Source of the DNA: Dehalococcoidia bacterium
GTDB taxonomy: Bacteria > Chloroflexota > Dehalococcoidia > Lucifugimonadales > UBA3495
Length of the DNA stretch: 64,000 bases
Direction: 5' to 3'
NCBI GenBank assembly: GCA_965203855.1
Contig: CBDBDN010000005.1
Location: forward strand, 321,804 to 385,803
Of the stretch, positions 18,377-27,337 are shown in pieces. Both the position numbers and the translations under genes were made by a program. Position 1 is the first letter of the stretch. Each line of letters opens with the position of its first letter. The notes under the pieces were generated by a model, which was not told the DNA's origin, ran no database searches, and saw only the letters and a program-made list of their open reading frames with translations.

Positions 18377-18829
18377 ATGGACACCATCCTCAAACCCGAG
18401 ACCGCCGCCCGCATTGATGCGCTGGCCGACCGGCTTGGCTATTCCGGGTCTGATGCTGCTGAGAGGGTACTCAAAATCGCGCTGGACGACCTGGACGCCA
18501 AAGCGCCCCGTCCGCATCGCAAGCTGACGCCTGAGGAAATTGCCGCCGAATATCGGCGGTTGACCGCCGCCGGACGCCGCTATCGTCAGGAACACCCCGA
18601 CGAGTACGCCGACCCTACTAATCCTCCCTCCAAAGTATGGCAGGACGACCTGTATGCCAAAACGCTCCATCCTCCTTATCGGCCAAAGCCCGCCGAAATT
18701 ACTGCGGAAATGGAATACTGGGCCGAGCTCGGCCGGCGAAATCGCGCCTTGCACCCGTTTGACGATGCCAACCCGCCTTCCAAGGTATGGCAGGACGAAC
18801 TATATGACGAAAACGGGTTGCCCAAATGA
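18377..18829 (+). CDS. Antitoxin-like protein (VapB/Rv0623-type N-terminus) with a duplicated NPPSKVWQD(D/E)LY motif
   Basis: The N-terminal part AARIDALADRLGYSGSDAAERVLKIAL is antitoxin-like. Its stop overlaps the ATG of the vapC remnant (ATGA). Confidence 0.5.
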   Translation: MDTILKPETAARIDALADRLGYSGSDAAERVLKIALDDLDAKAPRPHRKLTPEEIAAEYRRLTAAGRRYRQEHPDEYADPTNPPSKVWQDDLYAKTLHPPYRPKPAEITAEMEYWAELGRRNRALHPFDDANPPSKVWQDELYDENGLPK

Positions 18830-18913
18830 TGGCTGGCGTCGACTTACCGCATCCCGCTGCTGTTCAAGGGCGCCGATTTTGCGCTGACCGATCTAACCCC
18901 GGCCGCGCTCTAA
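18826..18913 (+). pseudogene. Collapsed VapC (PIN toxin) remnant
   Basis: An ATG is coupled to the upstream stop. A different frame encodes IPLLFKGADFALTDL...*, the typical VapC C-terminus. The whole PIN core is missing. Confidence 0.45.
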
Positions 18914-19001
18914 TCCCCAATCGGTGTTAGAATATGCCCGGCGGCTAACTGCCGGCCCGCTTGCCGGCCTGCGCCGACTATGCAAATCACCGGACTGCCT
19001 T

Positions 19002-19934
19002 ATGTACTCCAAAATCATCGTCCCGTTGGACGGCTCGGAACTTTCCGAACAAGCCCTCCCCTATGCCCAGCTGGTGGCCCGTTCCCTGTCGGCGCCCCTT
19101 GAGCTGGTGCAGGCTTTCGATATTCTGTCGCCCCGCGTACTGGGGGCGTCGGCGCACCACGATGTCGCCGGCCGCCTGGAACGCAGCGCGCTGCGCCGTT
19201 CCCAGGATTATCTAGCATCGGTTGCGGAACGACTGTCCGCCGCCGGCCATTCCGCCAGTTTCACCGCTTTGCGCGGCGCCCCCGCCGAGGCCGTAGTCTC
19301 CGTGGCCAGCTCCGACCCGGACGCGCTGGTTGTAATGTCCACCCACGGACGCGGCGGCATCGCCCGCTGGGTGTTGGGCAGCGTTACCGACAAAGTTCTG
19401 CATATGATGCCCAACCCGATGCTGATTGTCCGCGCTGCGGTAACCGGCCCGGCGTCCCCCGAAAGCTCGGTCAAAACCGTCGTCGTGCCGCTGGACGGCT
19501 CCCCACTGGCCGAACTGTCCCTGCCCCATGCCCTCAGCATCGCCGCCGCCCTCGGCAGCGGCATTACGCTGCTGCGCGTAACGCATACCGAGGACTATTA
19601 CCGCTACCAGCTCACGGTTACGCCGGATATGGCGTCTATCCCGGATTTTGACGGGGTATCCGCCACTGAACTGGTTGCCGCCGATGCCCAGGAAGTCGCC
19701 GACTATCTGGCCGATGTGGAGAACCGGCTGGCTACCGACCACGCCCACGGAGTCGTTTCCGACCACCAATTGCATCAGAATGTGGCCCAGGCCATCATCG
19801 CCAAAACCGCCGAGCAGCCCTCGCTGGTAGTGATGACGACTCATGGACGCAGCGGCGTGGGCCGCGTCGTCCTCGGCAGCATTACCGACCGCGTCCTGCG
19901 GCACAGCAATATCCCCGTCCTGGTAATCCGCTAA
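19002..19934 (+). CDS. Universal stress protein, tandem UspA domains
   Basis: Two copies of the pattern IVPLDGS...A ... VMSTHGRGG..RW.LGSVT..V. Start taken at MYSKIIVPLDGS. Confidence 0.85.
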   Translation: MYSKIIVPLDGSELSEQALPYAQLVARSLSAPLELVQAFDILSPRVLGASAHHDVAGRLERSALRRSQDYLASVAERLSAAGHSASFTALRGAPAEAVVSVASSDPDALVVMSTHGRGGIARWVLGSVTDKVLHMMPNPMLIVRAAVTGPASPESSVKTVVVPLDGSPLAELSLPHALSIAAALGSGITLLRVTHTEDYYRYQLTVTPDMASIPDFDGVSATELVAADAQEVADYLADVENRLATDHAHGVVSDHQLHQNVAQAIIAKTAEQPSLVVMTTHGRSGVGRVVLGSITDRVLRHSNIPVLVIR

Positions 19935-20013
19935 TCGGCCAATCCCATTTCAACCGGCAACCCAATTCCCCGCGCCGGTAGCATAATGGTTAGGGCACAA
20001 TGGTGAGGACACA

Positions 20014-20835
20014 ATGACCGCTGCCGATACCGCCGTTGCGCCGGCCGCCCCTATCTCCGTCGTCATTCACGGCGCTACCGGGCGGATGGGTCTGGAAACC
20101 GTCCGCGCCGTTTCCGCCGCCGCCGACCTGACCCTGGCCGGCGCAACCTGCCATACGCCGCGCGGCGCTACTTTGGATACCCCGGCCGGACCGGCGCCGC
20201 TGTCCACCGACTTGGCGGCGATGCTGGACTCCGCGCAGCCGTCCGTGATGGTAGAGTTCACCCACGCCGCCGCCTGTATGGAAGCCGCGCCATTGGCCGC
20301 CGCCCGCGGCGTCCACATGGTGCTGGGCGCCAGCGGCCTGGACGCCGCACAGCTGCAAACCCTGGACGCGCTGAGTCGGGAGCATAATATCGGCGTCATC
20401 GTCGCCCCCAATTTCGCCCTCGGCGCTGTTGTCCTGAAAAAACTGGCCGAGCAGGCCGCCGCCCTGTTTGACTATGTTGATGTAGTTGAGGCGCATCACG
20501 AAATGAAAATCGACGCCCCCTCCGGGTTCGCATTAGCCCTAGCGCGCGACTTGCGCGCAGCTAGAGGCGACGATTTTCAGCGCAATCAAACCGCCGTCCA
20601 TCATCTGCCGGAAACCCGTGGCGGCGCAGCCGGCGGCGTCGGCATCCATAGCCTGCGCCTGCCCGGACGCAGCGCCCATCACGAAGTCATTTTCGGCGCC
20701 GCCGGCCAGACTTTGAGCATCCGCCACGATACCCTGGACCGCAGCTGCTATATGCCCGGCGTGCTCCGCTGCATCCGCGAAGTCCCGCACCGCCCCGGCC
20801 TCACTGTCGGCCTGGAAACCGTGCTGGGCCTGTAA
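20014..20835 (+). CDS. dapB: 4-hydroxy-tetrahydrodipicolinate reductase
   Basis: HGATGRMG NAD(P) motif, VVEAHHEMKIDAPSG, HSLRLPG and HEVIFG. Confidence 0.9.
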   Translation: MTAADTAVAPAAPISVVIHGATGRMGLETVRAVSAAADLTLAGATCHTPRGATLDTPAGPAPLSTDLAAMLDSAQPSVMVEFTHAAACMEAAPLAAARGVHMVLGASGLDAAQLQTLDALSREHNIGVIVAPNFALGAVVLKKLAEQAAALFDYVDVVEAHHEMKIDAPSGFALALARDLRAARGDDFQRNQTAVHHLPETRGGAAGGVGIHSLRLPGRSAHHEVIFGAAGQTLSIRHDTLDRSCYMPGVLRCIREVPHRPGLTVGLETVLGL

Positions 20836-20883
20836 GCCCCGGATGCCGCAGTAGAACGACTGCGACATCCCGTAGTTTCCGCA

Positions 20884-22962
20884 ATGCGTTACGGATTTTC
20901 AGCGCCGCGATTTTACTTTGCCATATCGGTCCTGCCTTGGTTGGCGCTGCTGGGCTGGCTGGCCGCGTTGTCGTGGTTTATCAATGATGACGCCTTCATC
21001 AGCTTCCGCTATGCGCGCAACCTGCTGGAGGGGCACGGCCTGGTTTTCAATCCCGGCGAGCGGGTTGAGGGCTACTCCAACTTTCTGTGGACGCTGGAGC
21101 TGGCCGCTATCTGGGGCGTCTTTGGCCTAAAGCCGGAACACGCCGCGCCTTGGCTGTCCGTAGCCTGCACCGTCGGCACCCTGGCCGCCCTGCTGTGGTG
21201 GGGGCTACGCGCGCCGGCGCTGCCCTACCCGAAACTAACCACCTGGATGGCGTTGGGCCTGGTGTGCAGCAGCGCCACCTTTGCCGTCTGGACTTCCGGC
21301 GGCGGTCTGGAAACGCGGCAGTTCACCCTTTTTATCGTCCTGGAGGTGGTAAGCCTGTCCCTATACCGCCGCAACCGGTGGGGTTTGCTGGCGGCATCGC
21401 TGAGTCTGGCGGCGGCATCGCTGACCCGCCCGGAGGGGCCGCTTATTGCGGCGCTCTGCTGCGGCTGGTTCGTCATCCAGAGCATGGCCGACGCCGGCCG
21501 GCTGCGCCCCGACTGGCGCGGAATGGCGCACCTAATCGCCCCGTGCGCCATCTTGATTACCGCCCATTTTCTGTTTCGCTACGGCTACTATGGCGAATGG
21601 CTGCCCAACACTTACTACGCCAAATATGTACGCCCCTGGTACGAGCTCGGCTTTCAGTATCTGTCGGCGGCGGCGCTGGAAACCGGGCTGTATCTGCTGC
21701 TGCCATTGGCCTGGGTCGGACTGCGGCAGCGTTGGCGGGAATGCCGTGACGGGAGCTATGCGCTGGTTCTGCTCCTGGTCATCGTTTATAGCGTCTATGT
21801 AATGCGTATCGGCGGCGACATTTTTGAATACCGGCCGCTGGATTTCTACTGGCCGCTGCTGGCGCTGCCGGCGGCGACGGGCATAGTGCATCTGGGCCGC
21901 CGGATTGCCGACATAACACGAACATTTATACGGGGGAGGGTAATTTGGGGTACGCCGGCCTGGGCGCTGCTGATTTTTACGCCCGTGCTATTTTACGCCA
22001 GCGCGCTGCAAATAGCGCTGAGGCTTGAAGACAACATGAGATCCAGTAAAATATATATTGAACTTACTGCGGCAAACTACCCTTGGCTGCTGGCGGCGCC
22101 GGGAATGCCCGCCTTGTCTGCTCTCTCGCACGATTTACGCGTCTCTCTTTATCCACATAAGGCACGTAAGTTCACGCGCTATGATGTAGGCCGACTTGCC
22201 AGTCGGTGGCGGGCTGAATATCAACCTTATGAGAATCTGGAGCGCGGTCTAATTCCCGATGATGCGGTGACGGCTATCAACCGGTCGGGCATAATACCTT
22301 ACTATCTTGCGGATCTGAAAATTATTGACCGGTATGGCTTGACGGATGCAACCATAGCGCGCAACCCGGTCGCTAAACCCAACAGCCAGCGTGCTATCGC
22401 GCACGACCGCGAGCCGCCGCCCGGCTATCTGGCAGAGCGGGGCGTCAACATTTACGTATTCCCGGCCGTGAAAACGCCGGCCGCAGCCCTGGAACGCGCG
22501 CCCTACGCGGCGCAAGTCGGTCCCGACCTGTGGATGCCCTTTGACGCCATTGACCGGCAGTGGGTACTCCAACATTTCGGCAACTATAACCTGTTATTTC
22601 TGAACAGCGGGCCGGCTGTTGACGCGCCGCTTGCCGGCGGGCCGGCGATCCGCTCTACCTACTCCGTATATCACACTGGCAAATACCTACTGTATGTCAA
22701 AAAGGCTTGCCGGCTGACGGATTTGACAACGAATTTCATGGTGCATATAACTCCGGCTGATCCGAAAGACCTGCCCGCCGACCGGCGGCAGTACGGCTAT
22801 GACAACCTGGATTTCAGTATCATAAATTATGCGGCGCCCCGCAGCGGCGAGTGCGTTGTAATCCGCAAACTGCCGTCATATCCGATTGCCGCAATCACAA
22901 CCGGCCAATATAATGCGGAAGGCCGCCTCTGGGAAGGCGAAATCATCCCGGAGCCGCAATGA
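20884..22962 (+). CDS. GT-C-fold-like polytopic membrane glycosyltransferase candidate with a C-terminal unassigned module (paralogue A)
   Basis: About 12 TM segments. The first loop reads INDDAFISFRYARNLLEGHGLVFNPGERVEGYSNFLW. The C-terminal soluble part ends with the shared module (FMVHITPADPKDLPADRRQYGYDNLDF...TGQYNAEGRLWEGEI). Confidence 0.65.
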   Translation: MRYGFSAPRFYFAISVLPWLALLGWLAALSWFINDDAFISFRYARNLLEGHGLVFNPGERVEGYSNFLWTLELAAIWGVFGLKPEHAAPWLSVACTVGTLAALLWWGLRAPALPYPKLTTWMALGLVCSSATFAVWTSGGGLETRQFTLFIVLEVVSLSLYRRNRWGLLAASLSLAAASLTRPEGPLIAALCCGWFVIQSMADAGRLRPDWRGMAHLIAPCAILITAHFLFRYGYYGEWLPNTYYAKYVRPWYELGFQYLSAAALETGLYLLLPLAWVGLRQRWRECRDGSYALVLLLVIVYSVYVMRIGGDIFEYRPLDFYWPLLALPAATGIVHLGRRIADITRTFIRGRVIWGTPAWALLIFTPVLFYASALQIALRLEDNMRSSKIYIELTAANYPWLLAAPGMPALSALSHDLRVSLYPHKARKFTRYDVGRLASRWRAEYQPYENLERGLIPDDAVTAINRSGIIPYYLADLKIIDRYGLTDATIARNPVAKPNSQRAIAHDREPPPGYLAERGVNIYVFPAVKTPAAALERAPYAAQVGPDLWMPFDAIDRQWVLQHFGNYNLLFLNSGPAVDAPLAGGPAIRSTYSVYHTGKYLLYVKKACRLTDLTTNFMVHITPADPKDLPADRRQYGYDNLDFSIINYAAPRSGECVVIRKLPSYPIAAITTGQYNAEGRLWEGEIIPEPQ

Positions 22963-23099
22963 CCCGCCGCCCGCGCAATATGCTATACTAGCCATCGGCG
23001 ACCAGTATGCGCCGATGGCGGCAAATTAATTAACCGGTAACCGGCTCGTGGAGCCGGACGCTTATGCCCCGGGCCGAAACTTTCGTTGGCGCTCTCAAA

Positions 23100-25181
23100 A
23101 TGAATGCCAGGTTTTCAGCGCCGCGACTTTATTTCGTCATCGCAGTGCTGCCCTGGCTGGGGCTGCTGGGATGGCTGGCCGCGTTATCGTGGTTTATCAC
23201 TGATGACGCTTTCGTCAGTTTTCGCTATGCGCGCAATCTGCTGGAGGGGCACGGCCTGGTTTTCAATCCCGGCGAGCGGGTTGAGGGCTACTCCAACTTT
23301 CTGTGGACGCTGGAACTGGCTGCCCTTTGGGGCGTCTTTGGCGTAAAGCCGGAACACACCGCGCCCTGGCTGTCGGTGGCTTGCACTGTCGGAACCTTGG
23401 CCGCCCTGCTGTGGTGGGGGCTACGCACGCCGGCGTTGCCGCACCGGAAATTGACCACCTGGCTGGCCTTGGGCTTGGTGTGCAGCAGCGCCACTTTTGC
23501 GGTCTGGACTTCCGGCGGCGGGCTGGAAACGCGGCAGTTCACCCTTTTTATCGTCCTGGCAGTGGTCAGCCTCGCCTTATACCGCCGCAACCGTTGGGGT
23601 CTGTTGGCGGCATCGCTGAGTCTGACGGCGGCATCGCTGACCCGCCCGGAGGGGCCGTTGATTGCGGCTCTGTGCTGCGGCTGGTTCGTCATCCAGAGTA
23701 TGGCCGACGCCGGCCGGCTGCGCCCCGACTGGCGCGGAATGGCGTACTTAATCGCGCCGTGCGCCATCTTAATCGCCGCCCATTTTCTGTTTCGCTACGC
23801 CTACTATGGCGAATGGCTGCCCAACACTTACTACGCCAAATATGTGCGGCCCTGGTACGAGCTCGGGTTTCGGTATCTGTCGGCGGCGGCAATTGAAACG
23901 GGGTTGTATCTGCTGCTGCCGCTGGCCTGGGTCGGGCTGCGGCAGCGGTGGCGGGAATGCCGCGATGGGAGCTATGCGCTGGTTCTGCTCCTGGTCATCG
24001 TTTATAGCGTCTATGTAATGCGTATCGGCGCCGACCATTTTGAATACCGGCCGCTGGATTTCTACTGGCCGCTGCTGGCGCTGCCGGCGGCGACGGGCAT
24101 AGTGCATCTGGGCTGCCGGATTGCCGGCGCATTACAAACAATTGTATGGGTGCGAGGGGTAATTTTCAATGCGCCGGCCTGGGCGCTGCTGATTTTTATG
24201 CCCGTGCTATTTTACGCCAACATTATGCAAGCAATACTGCTGTTTGAGCACATCAACCAACCAGAGAAAGTGAGAGTTGAACTTACTGCGGCAAACTACC
24301 GCTGGCTGTTGGCGGCGCCGGGAATGCTGGCGCTGAACTCCATAGCCAACGACCTGCGCTACAGTAACTTGAAATATTTCGTCAGATCGCCCACATATCA
24401 TGACTTCTTAGCCGGCTCATGGCTGGCGGAATATACTCCCTACGAGAATATGCCGGTCGGGCTCATTCCTGATGATGCGGTTATGTATTCATGGCCTGCG
24501 GGTATAATACCTTACTATCTTGCCGATGTGAAGATTATTGACCGGTATGGCTTGACGGATGCAACCATAGCGCGCAACCCGGTCGCTAAACCCAACCAGG
24601 GGCGCCGCATCGCGCACGACCGCGAGCCGCCGCCCGGCTATCTGGTAGAGCGGGGCGTCAACATCTACGTATTCCCGGCGGCGAAAACGCCGTCCGCAGC
24701 CTTGGAACGCGCGCCCTACGCGGCGCAAGTCGGGCCCGACCTGTGGATGCCCTTTGACGCCATTGACCGGCATTGGGTACTCCAACATTTCGGCAACCAT
24801 AATCTGTTATTTCTGAACCACGCTCAAACCGTTGACGCGCCGTTTCTCGAAGGAAGGTTGCCGGCGATTCACTCTACCTACGCCGTATATCACACTGGCA
24901 AATACCTCGTATATGCCAAATCACGCTGCCGGCCGACCGATTTAACAACAAACTTCCTGGTGCATATAACTCCGGCTAATCCGAAAGACCTGCCCGCCGA
25001 CCGGCGGCAGTACGGCTATGACAACCTGGATTTCAGTTTCCAAAATTATGCGGCGCCCCGCAGCGGCGAGTGTGTCCTAACCGTCAAACTGCCGCAATAC
25101 CCGATTGCATCAATCAGAACCGGCCAGTACAATGACCAGGGCCGCATCTGGGAAGGCGAAATCATCCTGGATCCGCAATGA
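23100..25181 (+). CDS. GT-C-fold-like membrane glycosyltransferase candidate (paralogue B)
   Basis: Tandem paralogue of 20884..22962. Start placed at MNARFSAPRLYF because codons 23064-23099 look like a relic of the comD-like 5' end. Confidence 0.65.
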   Translation: MNARFSAPRLYFVIAVLPWLGLLGWLAALSWFITDDAFVSFRYARNLLEGHGLVFNPGERVEGYSNFLWTLELAALWGVFGVKPEHTAPWLSVACTVGTLAALLWWGLRTPALPHRKLTTWLALGLVCSSATFAVWTSGGGLETRQFTLFIVLAVVSLALYRRNRWGLLAASLSLTAASLTRPEGPLIAALCCGWFVIQSMADAGRLRPDWRGMAYLIAPCAILIAAHFLFRYAYYGEWLPNTYYAKYVRPWYELGFRYLSAAAIETGLYLLLPLAWVGLRQRWRECRDGSYALVLLLVIVYSVYVMRIGADHFEYRPLDFYWPLLALPAATGIVHLGCRIAGALQTIVWVRGVIFNAPAWALLIFMPVLFYANIMQAILLFEHINQPEKVRVELTAANYRWLLAAPGMLALNSIANDLRYSNLKYFVRSPTYHDFLAGSWLAEYTPYENMPVGLIPDDAVMYSWPAGIIPYYLADVKIIDRYGLTDATIARNPVAKPNQGRRIAHDREPPPGYLVERGVNIYVFPAAKTPSAALERAPYAAQVGPDLWMPFDAIDRHWVLQHFGNHNLLFLNHAQTVDAPFLEGRLPAIHSTYAVYHTGKYLVYAKSRCRPTDLTTNFLVHITPANPKDLPADRRQYGYDNLDFSFQNYAAPRSGECVLTVKLPQYPIASIRTGQYNDQGRIWEGEIILDPQ

Positions 25182-25304
25182 CTTGCCGCCCCCGGCCGGC
25201 CGCTTTATGCGCTATACTATCCATCCGTCCATACCGCACCGCCGCCGGCCGCCGGCGGCGTCCAGCCAATCAGCCAACCTACCCGCACAAGGAGCCAGTC
25301 GCCT

Positions 25305-25811
25305 ATGCCCTGGGCCGAAACCATCGTTGACACCCTCAAAAAGTGGGACACTTCACTCATCGCCTATGTCCCCGACATATCCATCGACCGCGTAACCAGC
25401 ATCATTGACGCCGACCCTTTCTTTCATCTGGTGTCCTGCACCCGAGAGGAGGAAGCCGTCGGCGTGGCCGTAGGCAGCTATGCCGTCGGGCGCAACGCCG
25501 CCGTCTTTATGCAGTCCAGCGGGTTCGGCAACAGCGTCAACGCCATCGCCAGCCTCTGCCTGCCCGCCCGCACCCCCATCCCCATCTTTATGAACCTGCG
25601 CGGCCAGGTCGGCGAATTCAACATCGCCCAGGTCGCTATGGGCCGCAACACTACCCCCATCCTCGACCTGTTCGGCATCGCCCACTACACCATTGAAAGC
25701 GAGGAACGGATGGATACCCTGCTGGACGGCATAATGAAATTGTGCCACGCCCACCGCAATCCGGTCGCCGTCTGTATGACCCCTATGCTGCACGGAGGCA
25801 AAATTGCTTAG
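25305..25811 (+). CDS. comD: Sulfopyruvate decarboxylase alpha-subunit-like (ThDP enzyme, Pyr domain)
   Basis: 168 aa. Matching segments are YVPDISIDRV, CTREEEAVGVAVG and FMQSSGFGNSVNAI. The split two-subunit layout is typical of ComDE. A phosphonopyruvate decarboxylase cannot be excluded. Confidence 0.7.
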   Translation: MPWAETIVDTLKKWDTSLIAYVPDISIDRVTSIIDADPFFHLVSCTREEEAVGVAVGSYAVGRNAAVFMQSSGFGNSVNAIASLCLPARTPIPIFMNLRGQVGEFNIAQVAMGRNTTPILDLFGIAHYTIESEERMDTLLDGIMKLCHAHRNPVAVCMTPMLHGGKIA

Positions 25812-26361
25812 GTTTGACGCCACCCAACTGGTACTCCGCCACGCCGGCGACAGCCCCATCGTCGGCAACCTCGGCCCCACCAGCGACGAGCTGTATCACG
25901 CCGGCCATCGCGACCGCAATTTCTACACCTATGGCAGTATGGGCCTCTGTTCGTCCATCGCCCTCGGCATGGCCTTGTCCACCAACGACAAGGTGATTTC
26001 GCTGGACGGCGACGGTTCCCTGCTGATGAACCTGGGCGCCATCGCCACCATTGGACGGGAAAACCCCGCCAACCTGGTAGTGGTCGTCTGGGACAACGAA
26101 GCCTGGGGGCAGACCGGCGGCCAGACCAGCCACACCGGAACCGGCACCGACCTGGCGGAAGTCGCCCGTTCCTGCGGCATCGGCAAAACGGCTACCGTCA
26201 ACGACCTGGAAACCCTGGAGGATATATTCGGGCGGGCCATGCGCGAGCCGGGTCCCTGGTTCATCGTCGCCAAAATTGAGGAAGCCCCGGAATATATGCC
26301 GGTAGCTCCGGTAGAGCCGGAGTTCACGCTGTACCGGTTCCGCAATACTTATACGGAATGA
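25804..26361 (+). CDS. comE: Sulfopyruvate decarboxylase beta-subunit-like (ThDP-binding PP domain)
   Basis: GSMGLCSSIALGMAL and the GDGSLLMNLGA...N ThDP motif. TTG start with an 8-nt overlap with the alpha subunit. Confidence 0.7.
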   Translation: MLRFDATQLVLRHAGDSPIVGNLGPTSDELYHAGHRDRNFYTYGSMGLCSSIALGMALSTNDKVISLDGDGSLLMNLGAIATIGRENPANLVVVVWDNEAWGQTGGQTSHTGTGTDLAEVARSCGIGKTATVNDLETLEDIFGRAMREPGPWFIVAKIEEAPEYMPVAPVEPEFTLYRFRNTYTE

Positions 26362-27089
26362 TTGGCGGGCGGCTGCCGGCCGGGTTCTCCTGCCGCATCG
26401 CCGCCGTTGCCGCTGCTATTGCCATTGCCATCGCCGCTGCCATTGTGGTTGTCGGCGGCGCGGTTGATCGCCAGCTCCGAAAGTTCCAGCACTTTGGCAG
26501 CGAGGACGGCGTTGCGCTCGCCCTCGGCCTTTAGTTGCGCCAGAAATTCCGACTGCATCGCCTGCATCACTTTCCGATCCTCTGCGCGTTCCTGCTCCTG
26601 CCGGGCGCGTTGCTGTTCTCGCTGGACGCGCTCTTCCTGACGCTCCTGCTCCTGCCGGGCGCGCTCCTGTTCTCGCTGGATGCGCTCTTCCTGACGCTCC
26701 TGCTCCTGCCGGGCGCGCTCCTGTTCTTGCCGGGCGCGTTCCTGTTCTCGCTGGACGCGCTCTTCCTGACGCTCCTGCTCCTGCCGGGCGCGCTCCTCTT
26801 GGCGTTCCTGTTCCCAACGCGCCTTGTCTTCCAGGCGCTCCTGCTGGCGGGCCTGCTCCGCCTCATGGTTCTTCATAAACTGCCAGAGGGACAAAATCAT
26901 CTCAAATCCTCCAACGAACCCTGACGCAGCAACCACAGCCGCCGTGTTGATTACCGCCGCCGTTACCGTGTCGGAGACCATCCGCGCATCCGTATTATAC
27001 GCCCAAAGCGTTACCAGCAGCGCCGCCGCTCCGCCAATTGCCGCAGCAATCGGGTAGATTATAACGATGGCAATGACAATCCGACTCAT
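26349..27089 (-). CDS. Membrane-anchored protein with a long (Q/R)EQER-repeat coiled coil
   Basis: Start at MSRIVIAIVII. Two TM helices, then ~130 aa of an E/R/Q periodic repeat and a Gly/Asn-rich tail. Confidence 0.55.
   Translation of the reverse strand: MSRIVIAIVIIYPIAAAIGGAAALLVTLWAYNTDARMVSDTVTAAVINTAAVVAASGFVGGFEMILSLWQFMKNHEAEQARQQERLEDKARWEQERQEERARQEQERQEERVQREQERARQEQERARQEQERQEERIQREQERARQEQERQEERVQREQQRARQEQERAEDRKVMQAMQSEFLAQLKAEGERNAVLAAKVLELSELAINRAADNHNGSGDGNGNSSGNGGDAAGEPGRQPPANHSV
26591..26800. repeat. In-frame 54-nt (18-aa) tandem repeat inside the coiled-coil gene
   Basis: The unit CCTGCTCCTGCCGGGCGCG..CTGTTCTCGCTGGA.GCGCTCTTCCTGACGCT occurs at 26591 and 26645. The copy at 26699 carries a 21-nt insertion, and a partial fourth copy follows. 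Confidence 0.85.
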
Positions 27090-27337
27090 CAGCTCCTTGC
27101 TCCCGCCCGCCGGCTGATGTAGCAATCCCGGCTGGCGCAGCGATTATAGCGGCAATACCCGCATTCCCGCCATCCGGCATAGAGATGCGAAACCCGCGCC
27201 TCAGCCGCGCCGGCCCATCCCGTTTGCGGCCGGCATCGGGTACTTCCTGCGTCGGCCCGGCGCAAACTGTACTGCCGGCGCTTCAGGCCCGTAGCAGCGC
27301 CGCAGATTTCTCCCCGAAAAATCCGGCAGCCGCTTGG

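Noticed and set aside
25305-26361. A phosphonate biosynthesis cluster (phosphonopyruvate decarboxylase)
   Set aside because: There is no PEP mutase or aminotransferase in the window, and the split two-subunit form favours a ComDE-like enzyme. It is kept only as an alternative in the finding.
26591-26800. A non-coding minisatellite or CRISPR-like repeat
   Set aside because: The period is 54 nt, a multiple of three, and it lies in frame inside a long ORF that encodes an 18-aa E/R/Q repeat.
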